Made by a program: the position numbers and the translations under genes. Under the pieces are notes generated by a model. It saw nothing but the letters and a program-made list of their open reading frames with translations. It was not told the origin of the DNA and ran no database searches. A stretch of DNA of 63,981 nucleotides, counting the filler, from Octopus bimaculoides (taxonomy: Eukaryota): the NCBI RefSeq assembly GCF_001194135.2. It is 4 parts of 4 records of this genome, joined end to end, with 100 filler letters (N's around TTAATTAATTAA, not from the genome) between each part and the next. Parts side by side here need not be neighbours in the genome. Positions count along the whole stretch, not along the records: positions 1 to 18,806 come from NC_069004.1; positions 18,907 to 33,365 come from NC_068990.1; 2 more parts are not named here. One strand, written 5' to 3'. Position 1 is the stretch's first letter. Each line of letters opens with the position of its first letter. Shown here one piece after another: positions 13,892 to 23,763 of this stretch.

Positions 13892-15445
13892 CTGATAACA
13901 GAGCAAGAGAAGAAACATGGAAAGAAACCATGGAACCAACATCAGAATGGTTAATTTCAAGAGTTGCAACATAAAGCAGAATGTTTGGAAATGTGGAATC
14001 CTGAAGAAATACTTTCCTTTTGGGGTCTGTCTTCACCCCTCAGTGGTTTCCAGAGGATTAGATTCATAAAGATCTATTCACTGTGGTCCTTCAGAAGTTT
14101 TGCATAACTAGGGATCTATTCTCTGAGGCCCTTGCTCCTTCAGAGGTTTAGCAAAACCAGAGATCTACTCACTGTAGTTCCTGGAATAACCAGGAATCTA
14201 CTCTGTGGTTTATGGCTCTTCAAAAGTTTAGCAAAACCAATGTCATTGTATTTGGCATCAACAAACCATTCAACTGTGTCTGGCATGAGAACTTGGCTAT
14301 GTTGCCCACCCATGGATGCCATCATTCTCCCATCTCTTGAAATAGAAAGCTTCTTGTCTGTCTGCGACATTGCAATGTGTTGTTAGGACTCTCTTTCGGC
14401 CACACTAGCAATTCCAGAAGGATACACCAAGGATCGTTAACGTCCCTTAACTCTTCTACCAGTCCTTTAACAATCTATTTACAGACAATATGACCCTTCA
14501 TCCCTCTCCCACCTTCCATACCCAAACGTCCCACCCTGTCATGCAACCTGAACACCTCCTCGGAAACCCACCTCAGAAACATCCTCCAAAGAAGTCCTGC
14601 CAATCTGGACCCCCTCCTCTGACACCAATAAAAGACACAACCATCAAGGAAACACCAAATCTCTCCCTTTGAAATTGAACAACTCAGACCTTTAAACATT
14701 GCTACAGATACTAAGCATTACCAACTTTACCTGCTAGAAACAACAGCCAAATCTCTCTCAAATCAGACTTCCCTGTACACAGAAAAGAGATGAAATGGTC
14801 ACAGCTAGAATACTTTTGATTATCGATCGACTCAATCAGGGCTGTGTCCCCTCTGTATCTTGCCTTCCCCCACTATGGTGCAATCAATCTTCTCCAGAAT
14901 ATCAACCTTCCCATTCACATTTCTTTTCAGCAAGGGTCAACTTACAGATTTTCAGACTGAACATAAACCATATCAATCTCACCAACATGGGACAACCTAT
15001 CTCCTTCCTCCAGATTAAAACCAGCCCATATATAAAAGAAGAATCCCTATTGAGTACAGGCGTGACTGTGTGGTTAAGAAGCTCACTTCACAACCAAAGT
15101 GGTTTCAGGTTCAATCCAACTGTGTGGCAACTTGGGCAAATCTTTACTTTAGCCCTGGGCTGATCAACCCCATGAGAGTGAATTTGGTACACGGAAACTG
15201 TGTGGAAGTCAGTCATACATAAGTGTGTGTATATGAGTGCCTTTATGTTTGTCCCCCTATTGTTTAACAGATGTTGGTTTGTTTACATCCCCACAACTTA
15301 ACAGTTCAACAAAAGGTAACCAACAAAATAAGCATCAGACTTTAAAAAAATTAGTGCTGGGGTCAATTTGTTTAACACTTCTAAGCAGTGCACCAGCATG
15401 GCCACAGTCCAATCACTGAAACAAAGAATAAAGAAACGTACTTAC

Positions 15446-15551
15446 CCAATAACTCATAAGTGCAGAGAGTGCTATTGCAAACATCCCTCTGGTGGTCAAA
15501 GGTCAACATGGACATCTTACTGGAGTCAAGATCATGGGACTTGGGATACCA
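15446..15551 (-). CDS. CENPO: CENP-O exon 3 (WYPKSHDLDSSKMSMLTFDHQRDVCNSTLCTYELL G)
   Basis: 106-nt open exon with acceptor ttatttcag| and donor TTGG|GTAAGT. It starts in phase 0 and ends in phase 1, which is exactly what joins exons 2 and 4. It is absent from the ORF track because it is too short. Confidence 0.8.
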
Positions 15552-15861
15552 CTGAAATAAACAAATAAGACACCTTTTGGACGGGAAACTCCTGAACTCA
15601 TAAAACTTACCTGGGATTTGAACTCAGAATATAAAGATAGGTAGTAGCATGGGTGTTGGTAAGAAGCTTGCTTCCCAAACACGTGGTTCTGAGTTCACTC
15701 CCACTGTGTGGCACCTCGAGCAAGTGTCTTCTATTATTGGCTCAGGCCAACCAAAGCCTTGTGAGTGGATTTTGTAGACGGAAACTGACAGAAACCTGTC
15801 ATGTTTATATATGTGTATATATATATTCATACATGTATATATAGGTATATATATATATATA

Positions 15862-16226
15862 CAAAAATAAGAGGAATGACCAGCAAAAGTGGACTCCTAT
15901 ATGCTAGAAATAGATGCCGAATCATCTAACCACGAAAAAAATATATGTTCTCAGTAAAAATTCAGCGACACAACAGACTGTAAAATCGACGGACTATGCT
16001 AACGATCCTGTAGATATTTACTTATGTAAATTTTAACAGGTGAAACCATGGTACGTAGGTTAATCGTTTTTTTTATTTAGCATTTTTTCATTTGTCTTGC
16101 TCTTTTACAGTCTGTTGTGTCGCTGAATTTTTACTGAGAACATATATTTTTTTCGTGGTTAGATGATTCGGCATCTATTTCTAGCATATAGGAGTCCACT
16201 TTTGCTGGTCATTCCTCTTATTTTTG
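15862..16226. mobile_element. MITE with long, apparently perfect inverted arms in CENP-O intron 2
   Basis: 15859-15985 is the reverse complement of 16103-16229 (127 bp each, no mismatch seen), with a 117-bp spacer and TA flanks. Confidence 0.85.
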
Positions 16227-16323
16227 TATGTAATATAATTTTAATCTTCGGATTTTTTTAATATGCTAGACCACTGGTTTTAATTGATTAATATCAATTT
16301 CTACCCTCATTAATACATCTTAT

Positions 16324-16362
<39 letters not shown>

Positions 16363-17064
16363 GCCACAGTCTAATGACTGAAACAAGTAAAAATAAAAGA
16401 TATGCAAAGTAGACACAGCAAAAAATTTTATCAGATGTTCTGTGGCACTTGGCTGCCTCATGAAGCACAGAGCCACAAATTTGAAGGCAGAGGGAATGAT
16501 ATAGACTGTTACAATACAACATAGTGCAGGGCTGAATGTGTGATTAAGAAGTTTGCTTCCCAACCACATGGTTCTGGGTTCAGTCCCACTGCATGGTGCC
16601 ATTCATACAAAATTTGTGTTATTTCTTTGCAGTCATCTATGAAAACGCACCCAGCTATTGAGCTGTTTGTGTTTGTAGGTCCAGGGGAAATACGATCTTG
16701 TTTGGAAAGGGGCAAAACTTGGTGGCAGGAAGAGAGTTTGGTTAGAGAATATCTGCTTCAAGAAACTGCATCTGACCCATGGAAGAATGGTAAAATAGAT
16801 GATCAAGCAATGATGAGGATTGCTTCCTACAGCTGGAATTCATGACTTTTGGTCTCCACCGCCTCCATTTACTATGAACACCCACCCGCTCCAGTCTCGG
16901 GGGGACCCCATAACAAAGAGTTACAAGTCTGCTCTCCCACCCAAGACTAAGCTACTAATAAAAACAAAGAAAAAAAACATCACTAAAACAAAAGAAAAAT
17001 AATGACTATGAGTTAAGGTAGTGGGATGAGTAGAGATGGCCATGGAAGGATAAATTCAACTTAC

Positions 17065-17222
17065 TTCTTCAATATGCCTTGCCAATTCCAGCCGTTTCTC
17101 TTCACATTTCTGATAAAGATCTACCAACTGTTTCTGCAGCTTTTGCAAGCATTTCTGCTCCAGGACCAAAGGACTTTCGGCCTCAATTTTGTCTGCTTCA
17201 CTGAAGAAGCTGAAAATATCCT
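17065..17222 (-). CDS. CENPO: CENP-O exon 2 (K DIFSFFSEADKIEAESPLVLEQKCLQKLQKQLVDLYQKCEEKRLELARHIEE; coiled-coil-like)
   Basis: Acceptor cccgtttctttgcag|AG (phase 1), donor GAAGAA|GTAAGT (phase 0), open frame. The heptad-like Leu/Gln/Lys/Glu pattern fits the N-terminal coiled coil of CENP-O. Confidence 0.8.
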
Positions 17223-17554
17223 CTGCAAAGAAACGGGATTTGCTGTTCAATAACATTTAAAGAACTTGCAGACAACATAGAGACTATGGAATAGTAACAA
17301 ACATTAAGATTAGTTTCAAATTTTGCTACAATGCCAGAAGGTTCAGAAGGGGGCCAGTCAATTAGATCAATACCTCCAGTGTATAACTGGTACTTATTTT
17401 ATTGACTCTGGCATATTTTACAGGCATAAAACACACCTTAGAGTTTTTGCAGACATTCGAAAATTGCATACGTTTATGTTTAGCCAATGAAGAAATCTGT
17501 GTTTATTAAAATTAATGAAATTGAGTTAATTACTATTTTATGATATCTTTTATA

Positions 17555-17662
17555 AGTATCGAAAGATCGCCGTCTTTTCATATTTTCACAATACGATCGT
17601 GTAATCAGTATGCGTGCGCGCAACGACCGGAAGTTGTGGTGGACTAGTATCGAAAGATCGCC
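17555..17662. promoter_or_regulatory. Promoter-type motif cluster inside CENP-O intron 1
   Basis: A perfect 17-bp direct repeat AGTATCGAAAGATCGCC (17555-17571 and 17646-17662) brackets TGCGTGCGCGCA (NRF1-like) and CCGGAAGT (ETS). Confidence 0.45.
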
Positions 17663-17718
17663 CGTAATATCTCCCTGTACACATATATCTGTAATGAAAT
17701 AAATTGTTATTCACTTAC

Positions 17719-17737
17719 TTTTTGAGTTTGCCGCCAT
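17719..17737 (-). CDS. CENPO: CENP-O exon 1 (MAANSK + 1 nt, phase 1)
   Basis: ATG GCG GCA AAC TCA AAA A is followed by a GTAAGT donor (17718-17713). The phase matches the exon 2 acceptor, and the exon sits in a CpG-richer promoter-like patch. Confidence 0.75.
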
Positions 17738-17800
17738 CACGGTTGCATCGGTGTGGGACGGTGTAACTTGAAGTTAATTCCCTCTGAATAAAAGCATTCC

Positions 17801-18114
17801 TTTCCGGAAATATCCAGCCAAAAAAAAAAAAAAAAAACCTATTTAAAGGGAGATAACTGACATTAACTCCACACTCTTCACAACAATTTCCTAATTCTCG
17901 TGACGTCACAGCGCGCCAAATTAGTATTTCGAAATAAATGTGTATAATTTTTAACTCACGGGAACTTTCCTAACTTCGACACAAATCTTTAACGTGAGTT
18001 AATCTTTTCTCCAGACTATCGTTTTGTTGTTTCTTTAAAACTTTATCGTAATTAGATCATCTTTGTGTACCAAACAGGAAGAGTTTTATGTGTACATATT
18101 GTGGGTGGCGGGAA
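17801..18114 (-). promoter_or_regulatory. CENP-O proximal promoter motifs (ETS, CRE, two E2F sites)
   Basis: TTTCCGGAAA palindromic ETS-like site (17801-17810), TGACGTCA CRE (17901-17908), TTTGGCGCGC E2F consensus (minus, 17920-17911) and GGCGGGAA E2F consensus (18107-18114). All lie 60-380 bp upstream of the ATG. Confidence 0.55.
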
Positions 18115-18806
18115 CATTTTCGTTTAAATATGTATAAACTTTATTAAACTTACAGCTTTATTTAATTTTCTTGAAATTCTTTTTTTTAGAATATCCTCAC
18201 AATTACAGTCCTCAATTCTTATCCGTCTTCTGGCCGCTCTTTGTCACTTTTAGGTTTCATTTAACGGCGTATAATAGTTATGTCCAGTAAAACTCCACAT
18301 AAAACAACACAATCAAAAAACCGATTTGAATTAGGAACCGCAAAAGCTAAAATACATTTATTTTCTTCTTAGTCTTAAACATTTTGAATGGAAGACATAA
18401 TATTAGTTTAATTAAAGATTATAGATTGTATTCTATTTTAAATTATACAATTTTTTATGTTAAATTCAAATTACGACAAACGTAAATAAACTAAGTTTGC
18501 TTTTAGAAGCGTTGAGATGTCCACAGCTAGCCACCTACACTTTTCTCTGCAAAATAGGGATAGTTTATCCTGTTCCGGCTATATTATTAGCATTATTCTG
18601 CGATTGAGAATTTAAAATCACTTCTATAATTTTTTATATCTGCACGATTTGCTTTGATAAAAATGCACCATGAACAAGTGTCTTCCACTTCAGCCCAGGG
18701 CTGACCAGTGCCTTGTGAGTGTGGCTTTGGGAGATGTGAACAGTGGGATCCCTTGACGACAGTATAATCTTCGTTTAACTAAGGTATCTTCGGCCTAATA
18801 AGTAGC

Positions 18807-18906
18807 NNNNNNNNNNNNNNNNNNNNNNNNNNNNNNNNNNNNNNNNNNNNTTAATTAATTAANNNNNNNNNNNNNNNNNNNNNNNNNNNNNNNNNNNNNN
18901 NNNNNN
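18807..18906. other. Artificial 100-bp assembly spacer N44-TTAATTAATTAA-N44 (also 33366-33465 and 61785-61884)
   Basis: The same 12-mer, which has stops in all six frames, is centred in identical 44+44 N blocks three times. Confidence 0.92.
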
Positions 18907-19785
18907 AAATGCACTCAAAAAAACCTGTGGAAAAAATTTTTTCACACTAAAATACAAATGGGTCCTTTACAAAATATTTACCCAAGATCAGGACAAGCAT
19001 GCGAATAGAAGGGTTGAAGAGGATGATAAGGCAAGGGCTGAGTGTCTGGTGGAACAGAGGAAAAGAGACAGAAGCAGAAGAGATCAGGAATCAGACACTT
19101 GGAGAGCTAAGCATCTGGCGGAAGAGGAAAAGGGACAAAAGCTAGAGACATCATGAATCGGATGCTCATGTGAATACAAACGAAACAAAACAAGTTTTGC
19201 GTAAATCGGACCACGGGTTACCAAGATAAGCGGTTTTTTCAGGTACCTTTATAAATAGCCAAACCAGTGTATAATGGGAAAAAATGCTTTGAAAGTAAAG
19301 TATTATTGAAATGTGAATACACACAGAATAACAGAAGTTTTGCATAAATTGGACCACAGATTCCCTGAGATATGTAGTTTTTTTTTTGGTACCTTAAACT
19401 ATTGATGACCCAACAGGTCACAGGTAGTCTAGTATATATATATGTGTGTGTGTGTTTGTTCCCCAGCACTGCTTGATAACTGGTGTTGGTGTATTTACAT
19501 CCCTGTAACTTAGTGATTCAGCAAAAGAAAATGATAGAATAGGTACTGGGGACGATTTGTTTGACTAAAATGCTTCAAGGAAGTGTTCAAGCATGGATGC
19601 AGTCAAATGACTGAAACAAGTCAGAGAACATTTTTTTGTAACTGATACTTTTAGGCTTCTCGGTATTTGGCCATAGTATTTAAGAGTGCCATTTAGTATT
19701 GTTGCCAAAGCTCTGATAACCACAGGTAAAGTTGTTGTTCCTAGATGCTACATTTTTAAGACCTTAATTCAAGGTCCCTGTAATT

Positions 19786-21610
19786 TCATCATCATCATCG
19801 TCGTTTAACGTCCGCTCTCCATGCTAGCATGGGTTGGACGATTTGACTGAGGACTGGTAAACCAGATGGCTACACCAAGCTCCAATCTGATTTGGCAGAG
19901 TTTCTACAGCTGGATGCCCTTCCTAACGCCAACCACTCTGAGAGTACAGTAGGTGCTTTTACGCGCCACCGGCATGAAGGTCAGTTAAGCAGTACTGGCA
20001 ATGGCCACACTCAAAATGGTATATTTTACGTGCCACCTGCACAGGAGCCAGTTCGGCGGCACTGGCAACGATCTCGCTCGAATGTCTTCACACGTACCAT
20101 CTGGCACAAGTGCCAGGAAGGTGATGCTGGGCACAGGTGCCATTGACGGTTTTGCTTTCGCTTGCCCCAATAGGTCTTCGCAAGCCGAGTTTCGTTGCCA
20201 ATGAAGGAGACGACGTTGGCATAGGTGCCAGTCGTCGAATTTAATTCAATTTCGATTTCACTTGCCTCAACAGGTCTTTGCAAGCGGAGTTTAGTGTCCA
20301 ATAAAGGAAGGTACGTATAAGTGGGCTGCCTGAGGACTTCAATTTAGGTTTCACTTGGTTTGCCGGGTCTTCTCACACTTTGGTTTTAGCTATTTGACTC
20401 TAAGGCCCTTCGATTCTAGTCCTTGCTTCCACACCTGAAACTTCTCTAGTTCTGATAGTGACTCAGCAATTAGTGCAAGGTCATCAGCATAGAGGAGCGC
20501 CCAGGGNNNNNNNNNNCTCAGCAATTAGTGCAAGGTCATCAGCATAGAGGAGCGCCCAGGGGCATCCTGTCTTGAATTCCTCTGTTATAGCCTGGAAGAC
20601 TATGATAAATAGGAGGGGGCTGAGGACAGAATCTTGGTGGACTCCTACCTCCACCCGGAATTCTTCACTGTACTCATTGCCAACCCTCACCTTACTGACA
20701 GTGTCTCTGTACATGGCTCGCACAGCTCTCACTAACCATTCTTCTATCCCTAGTTTCCTCATTGACCACCAGATGAGAGATCGGGGGACCCTGTCAAAGG
20801 CTTTCTCCATGTCAACGAAAGCCAGGTACAGAGGTTTATCCTTGACTAGGTATTTCTCCTGAAGCTGTCTTACCAGAGATATAGCATCAGTGGTGCTTTT
20901 CCCAGGCACGAACCCAAACTGCATCTCATGTAAACTGACTTGCTCCCTAAGTAGTTGAGCTATGACCCTCTCCGTGACTTTCATTACCTGATCTAAAAGC
21001 TTGATACCTCTGTAATTATTTGTATCTAAAGCGTCACCTTTACCTTTGTAGCAGTTGACTATGGTGCTGCTACACCAGTCATTGGGTATGACGCCTTCCT
21101 GTATCACCTGGTTAACAATACGGGTGACTAGTCTATAGCCGACACTGCCAGATATTTTGAGCATCTCTGCAGTGATAACTGATGGGCCGGGGGCCTTCCC
21201 TGTCTTCATACTCTTAATTGCTTTATCTACCCTGGTACTGTCAACTCGGATAGCTGGTCCCTCTGTTGGGTCGACATTCGGCACACTCTCTTTCTCCCAT
21301 TCATTCTCTTTATTGAGCAATCGTTCGGAGTGGCGTCTCCAAACCACTTTCTTTGCAGCCTCGTTTAGTGCAAGCGTACCATCATCCATGCGAACACATT
21401 TCTCTCCCACGACATCACGATTCTCTCTCACACACTGTCTTGCAACACGAAATACTTCGAGTCTTTGGTCCTCACGGCACTGAACATTGGCAAACCTTTT
21501 CTTATCTGCTTCCCCTCTGGCTAAATAAACCTGTCGCCTAGCTTCCCTTCTGGCAGTCTGATACAGTTCCCTGCTACCACCATTTTTCCAGTCTTTCCAA
21601 GCCTGTTTCT
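19786..21610 (-). mobile_element. RTE-clade LINE, 5'-truncated: RT region plus 3' UTR and (GAT)n tail
   Basis: ORF 20484-21431 has RT motifs YRGIKLL, QFGFVPGKST, LAFVDMEKAFDRV, GVHQDSVLSPLLF and LLYADDLALIAE. The 3' end is AGGAAGGGCATCCAGCTGTAG...CCCATGCTAGCATGG...ACGTTAAAC(GAT)n. The RT C-terminal part is deleted near 20370. Confidence 0.92.
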
Positions 21611-22220
21611 TTTTTAACTTTTTATGTTTTTAAAGAAGTGTTGCTGTCTACTGGGATTGACCTATGAGGAAACTTCTTTTTTTTCGTATGTGATCTTTTT
21701 TACCACAATAGCTGGTCTATTGGCCTGAATAGCTCAATCAGTTTGAATATCGAATAAAGAAGGGTGAATTATTATTATTATTACTATTAAGGTGATGGCT
21801 TGGTAGGATTATTAGCTTGCTGGACAAAATGCTTAGTGGCATTTCATCCGTCTTTATGTTCTGAATGCAAATACTGCCAAGGTCAACCGTGCCTTTCATT
21901 CTTGGGGGGTGGGGTGGGGGTAAATAAAATAACTACCAGCTGAGCAATGAGGTCAATGTAATTGACTAGCAACTCCCCTCTCCCAAAATATCAGGCCTTG
22001 TGCCAATAACAGAAAGGATTACAATCATTATGTTGCATTGCAGCCAGCTTATCATAGTCAGTATATTGCATCTGAAAATTAATTTTTGTTATCTAGTTGT
22101 TGTTGCCTTTCGTAGTGGTTTTGTTTATTGTTACTTAAACTAAGAGTGTATAGTAATAGAAATTTCATTGTGGTTTCTGTCTGGTCAAGCAAAATCAAAG
22201 TTCTAGGCTACGCACTACCT

Positions 22221-22478
22221 AAACATGTAGTAAACGAATATGAAAAAAAAATGCATTGGGAATGTTCCAAGTTCTCTCACCACTTCCCCATTCGTCGGCG
22301 AAATTTCTTTTTTTCATATTCATTTACATGTTGTTACACTTTTTTTTTCATTTTTGTGACCAAGTGTTAACATTGATTTTTCGGATCCTGTGAGATTGAT
22401 CGTGTGAATTTTCCGGGTTATCCCCACCCCCTCCCGTTCGCCGGCGCTTTTTTTTCATATTCGTTTACTACATGTTTT
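22221..22478. repeat. Short inverted repeat pair
   Basis: AAACATGTAGTAAACGAATATGAAAAAAA (22221-) and its reverse complement (-22478). Internal direct repeats TTTTTCATTTTTGTGACCA. Confidence 0.55.
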
Positions 22479-23561
22479 ACACCCATTACACTATTTATTT
22501 TTCATTTTTGTGACCAGGTGTCAAAGTGGGGTTATTGGAATCGTGAATTATCCGAGTCCGCATCCATCCACCCCTCGAATATGAAAAAAAAAACACCTAT
22601 TGCACTTTTTTTTTTTTGCTCGGGTCAAACAATTTAGTTTGACGGGTCAATTATATATCTTCACTTTTTATATTGACCTATTTCTGTCCCCCTACCCGAC
22701 TTTGGATGATCATAACTTTCAGAAAAATGGATATTTTTTTAATGAAATTTTCTATGAATACGTGTTTAGGGTTAGGGTTAGGATCGACCACTCACGACTA
22801 GCTAGCGCGGACGCGCGACTGCGCATCNNNNNNNNNNNNNNNNNNNNNNNNNNNNNNNNNNNNNNNNNNNNNNNNNNNNNNNNNNNNNNNNNNNNNNNNN
22901 NNNNNNNNNNNNNNNNNNNNNNNNNNNNNNNNNNNNNNNNNNNNNNNNNNNNNNNNNNNNNNNNNNNNNNNNNNNNNNNNNNNNNNNNNNNNNNNNNNNN
23001 NNNNNNNNNNNNNNNNNNNNNNNNNNNNNNNNNNNNNNNNNNNNNNNNNNNNNNNNNNNNNNNNNNNNNNNNNNNNNNNNNNNNNNNNNNNNNNNNNNNN
23101 NNNNNNNNNNNNNNNNNNNNNNNNNNNNNNNNNNNNNNNNNNNNNNNNNNNNNNNNNNNNNNNNNNNNNNNNNNNNNNNNNNNNNNNNNNNNNNNNNNNN
23201 NNNNNNNNNNNNNNNNNNNNNNNNNNNNNNNNNNNNNNNNNNNNNNNNNNNNNNNNNNNNNNNNNNNNNNNNNNNNNNNNNNNNNNNNNNNNNNNNNNNN
23301 NNNNNNNNNNNNNNNNNNNNNNNNNNNNNNNNNNNNNNNNNNNNNNNNNNNNNNNNNNNNNNNNNNNNNNNNNNNNNNNNNNNNNNNNNNNNNNNNNNNN
23401 NNNNNNNNNNNNNNNNNNNNNNNNNNNNNNNNNNNNNNNNNNNNNNNNNNNNNNNNNNNNNNNNNNNNNNNNNNNNNNNNNNNNNNNNNNNNNNNNNNNN
23501 NNNNNNNNNNNNNNNNNNNNNNNNNNNNNNNTGTAGTCATGCCAATTTTGGTTAATGTTTA

Positions 23562-23763
23562 TGGTACTACTAAAGCAGCGCGGACCCGAACGCGCAGTCG
23601 CGCGTCCGCACTAGCTAGTCTTGAGTGGTCGATCCTATCCCTAACCCTATCCCGCGTGTGCAAATGAATACGTGTTTAGGGTTAGGGTTAGGATCGACCA
23701 CTCACGACTAGCTAGCGCGGACGCGCGACTGCGCATCGGGTCCGCGCTGCTTTAGTAGTACCA
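23562..23763. repeat. GC-rich foldback with internal TTAGGG repeats; further single arms at 22754-22827 and 50770-50844
   Basis: Arms 23562-23649 and 23677-23763 are inverted with about 5 differences and a 27-nt spacer. TTAGGGTTAGGGTTAGG occurs at 23676-23692 and 22766-22782. Confidence 0.85.

Noticed and set aside
13892-14036. N-terminal part of ORF 13515-14036 (and the ORF extensions around CENP-O exons 2, 5, 6 and 52994-53058)
   Set aside because: Intronic read-through beyond clear splice sites. Only the exon portions give a phase-consistent protein.
18851-18862. TTAATTAATTAA islands inside N runs (also 33410-33421 and 61829-61840)
   Set aside because: The identical 12-mer centred in exactly 44+44 N three times is a scaffolding spacer with six-frame stops, not biology. 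Adjacency across these points is unproven.
18980-19156. Charged frame QDQDKHANRRVEEDDKARAECLVEQRKRDRSRRDQES..., like Helitron RepHel N-terminal repeats
   Set aside because: Low-complexity charged sequence next to an assembly spacer, with no Rep or helicase motifs.
20457-20560. Direct duplication around a 10-N gap (also 45255-45328)
   Set aside because: The same sequence on both sides of a minimal gap is an unmerged contig overlap. It also produces the false C-terminus of ORF 20484-21431.
22766-22782. TTAGGG repeats as a true telomere or as a telomerase-RNA template
   Set aside because: There are only about 3 repeats, they are internal and part of a multi-copy unit, and they are longer than the roughly 1.5-2 repeats expected of a template. 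No pseudoknot evidence was seen.
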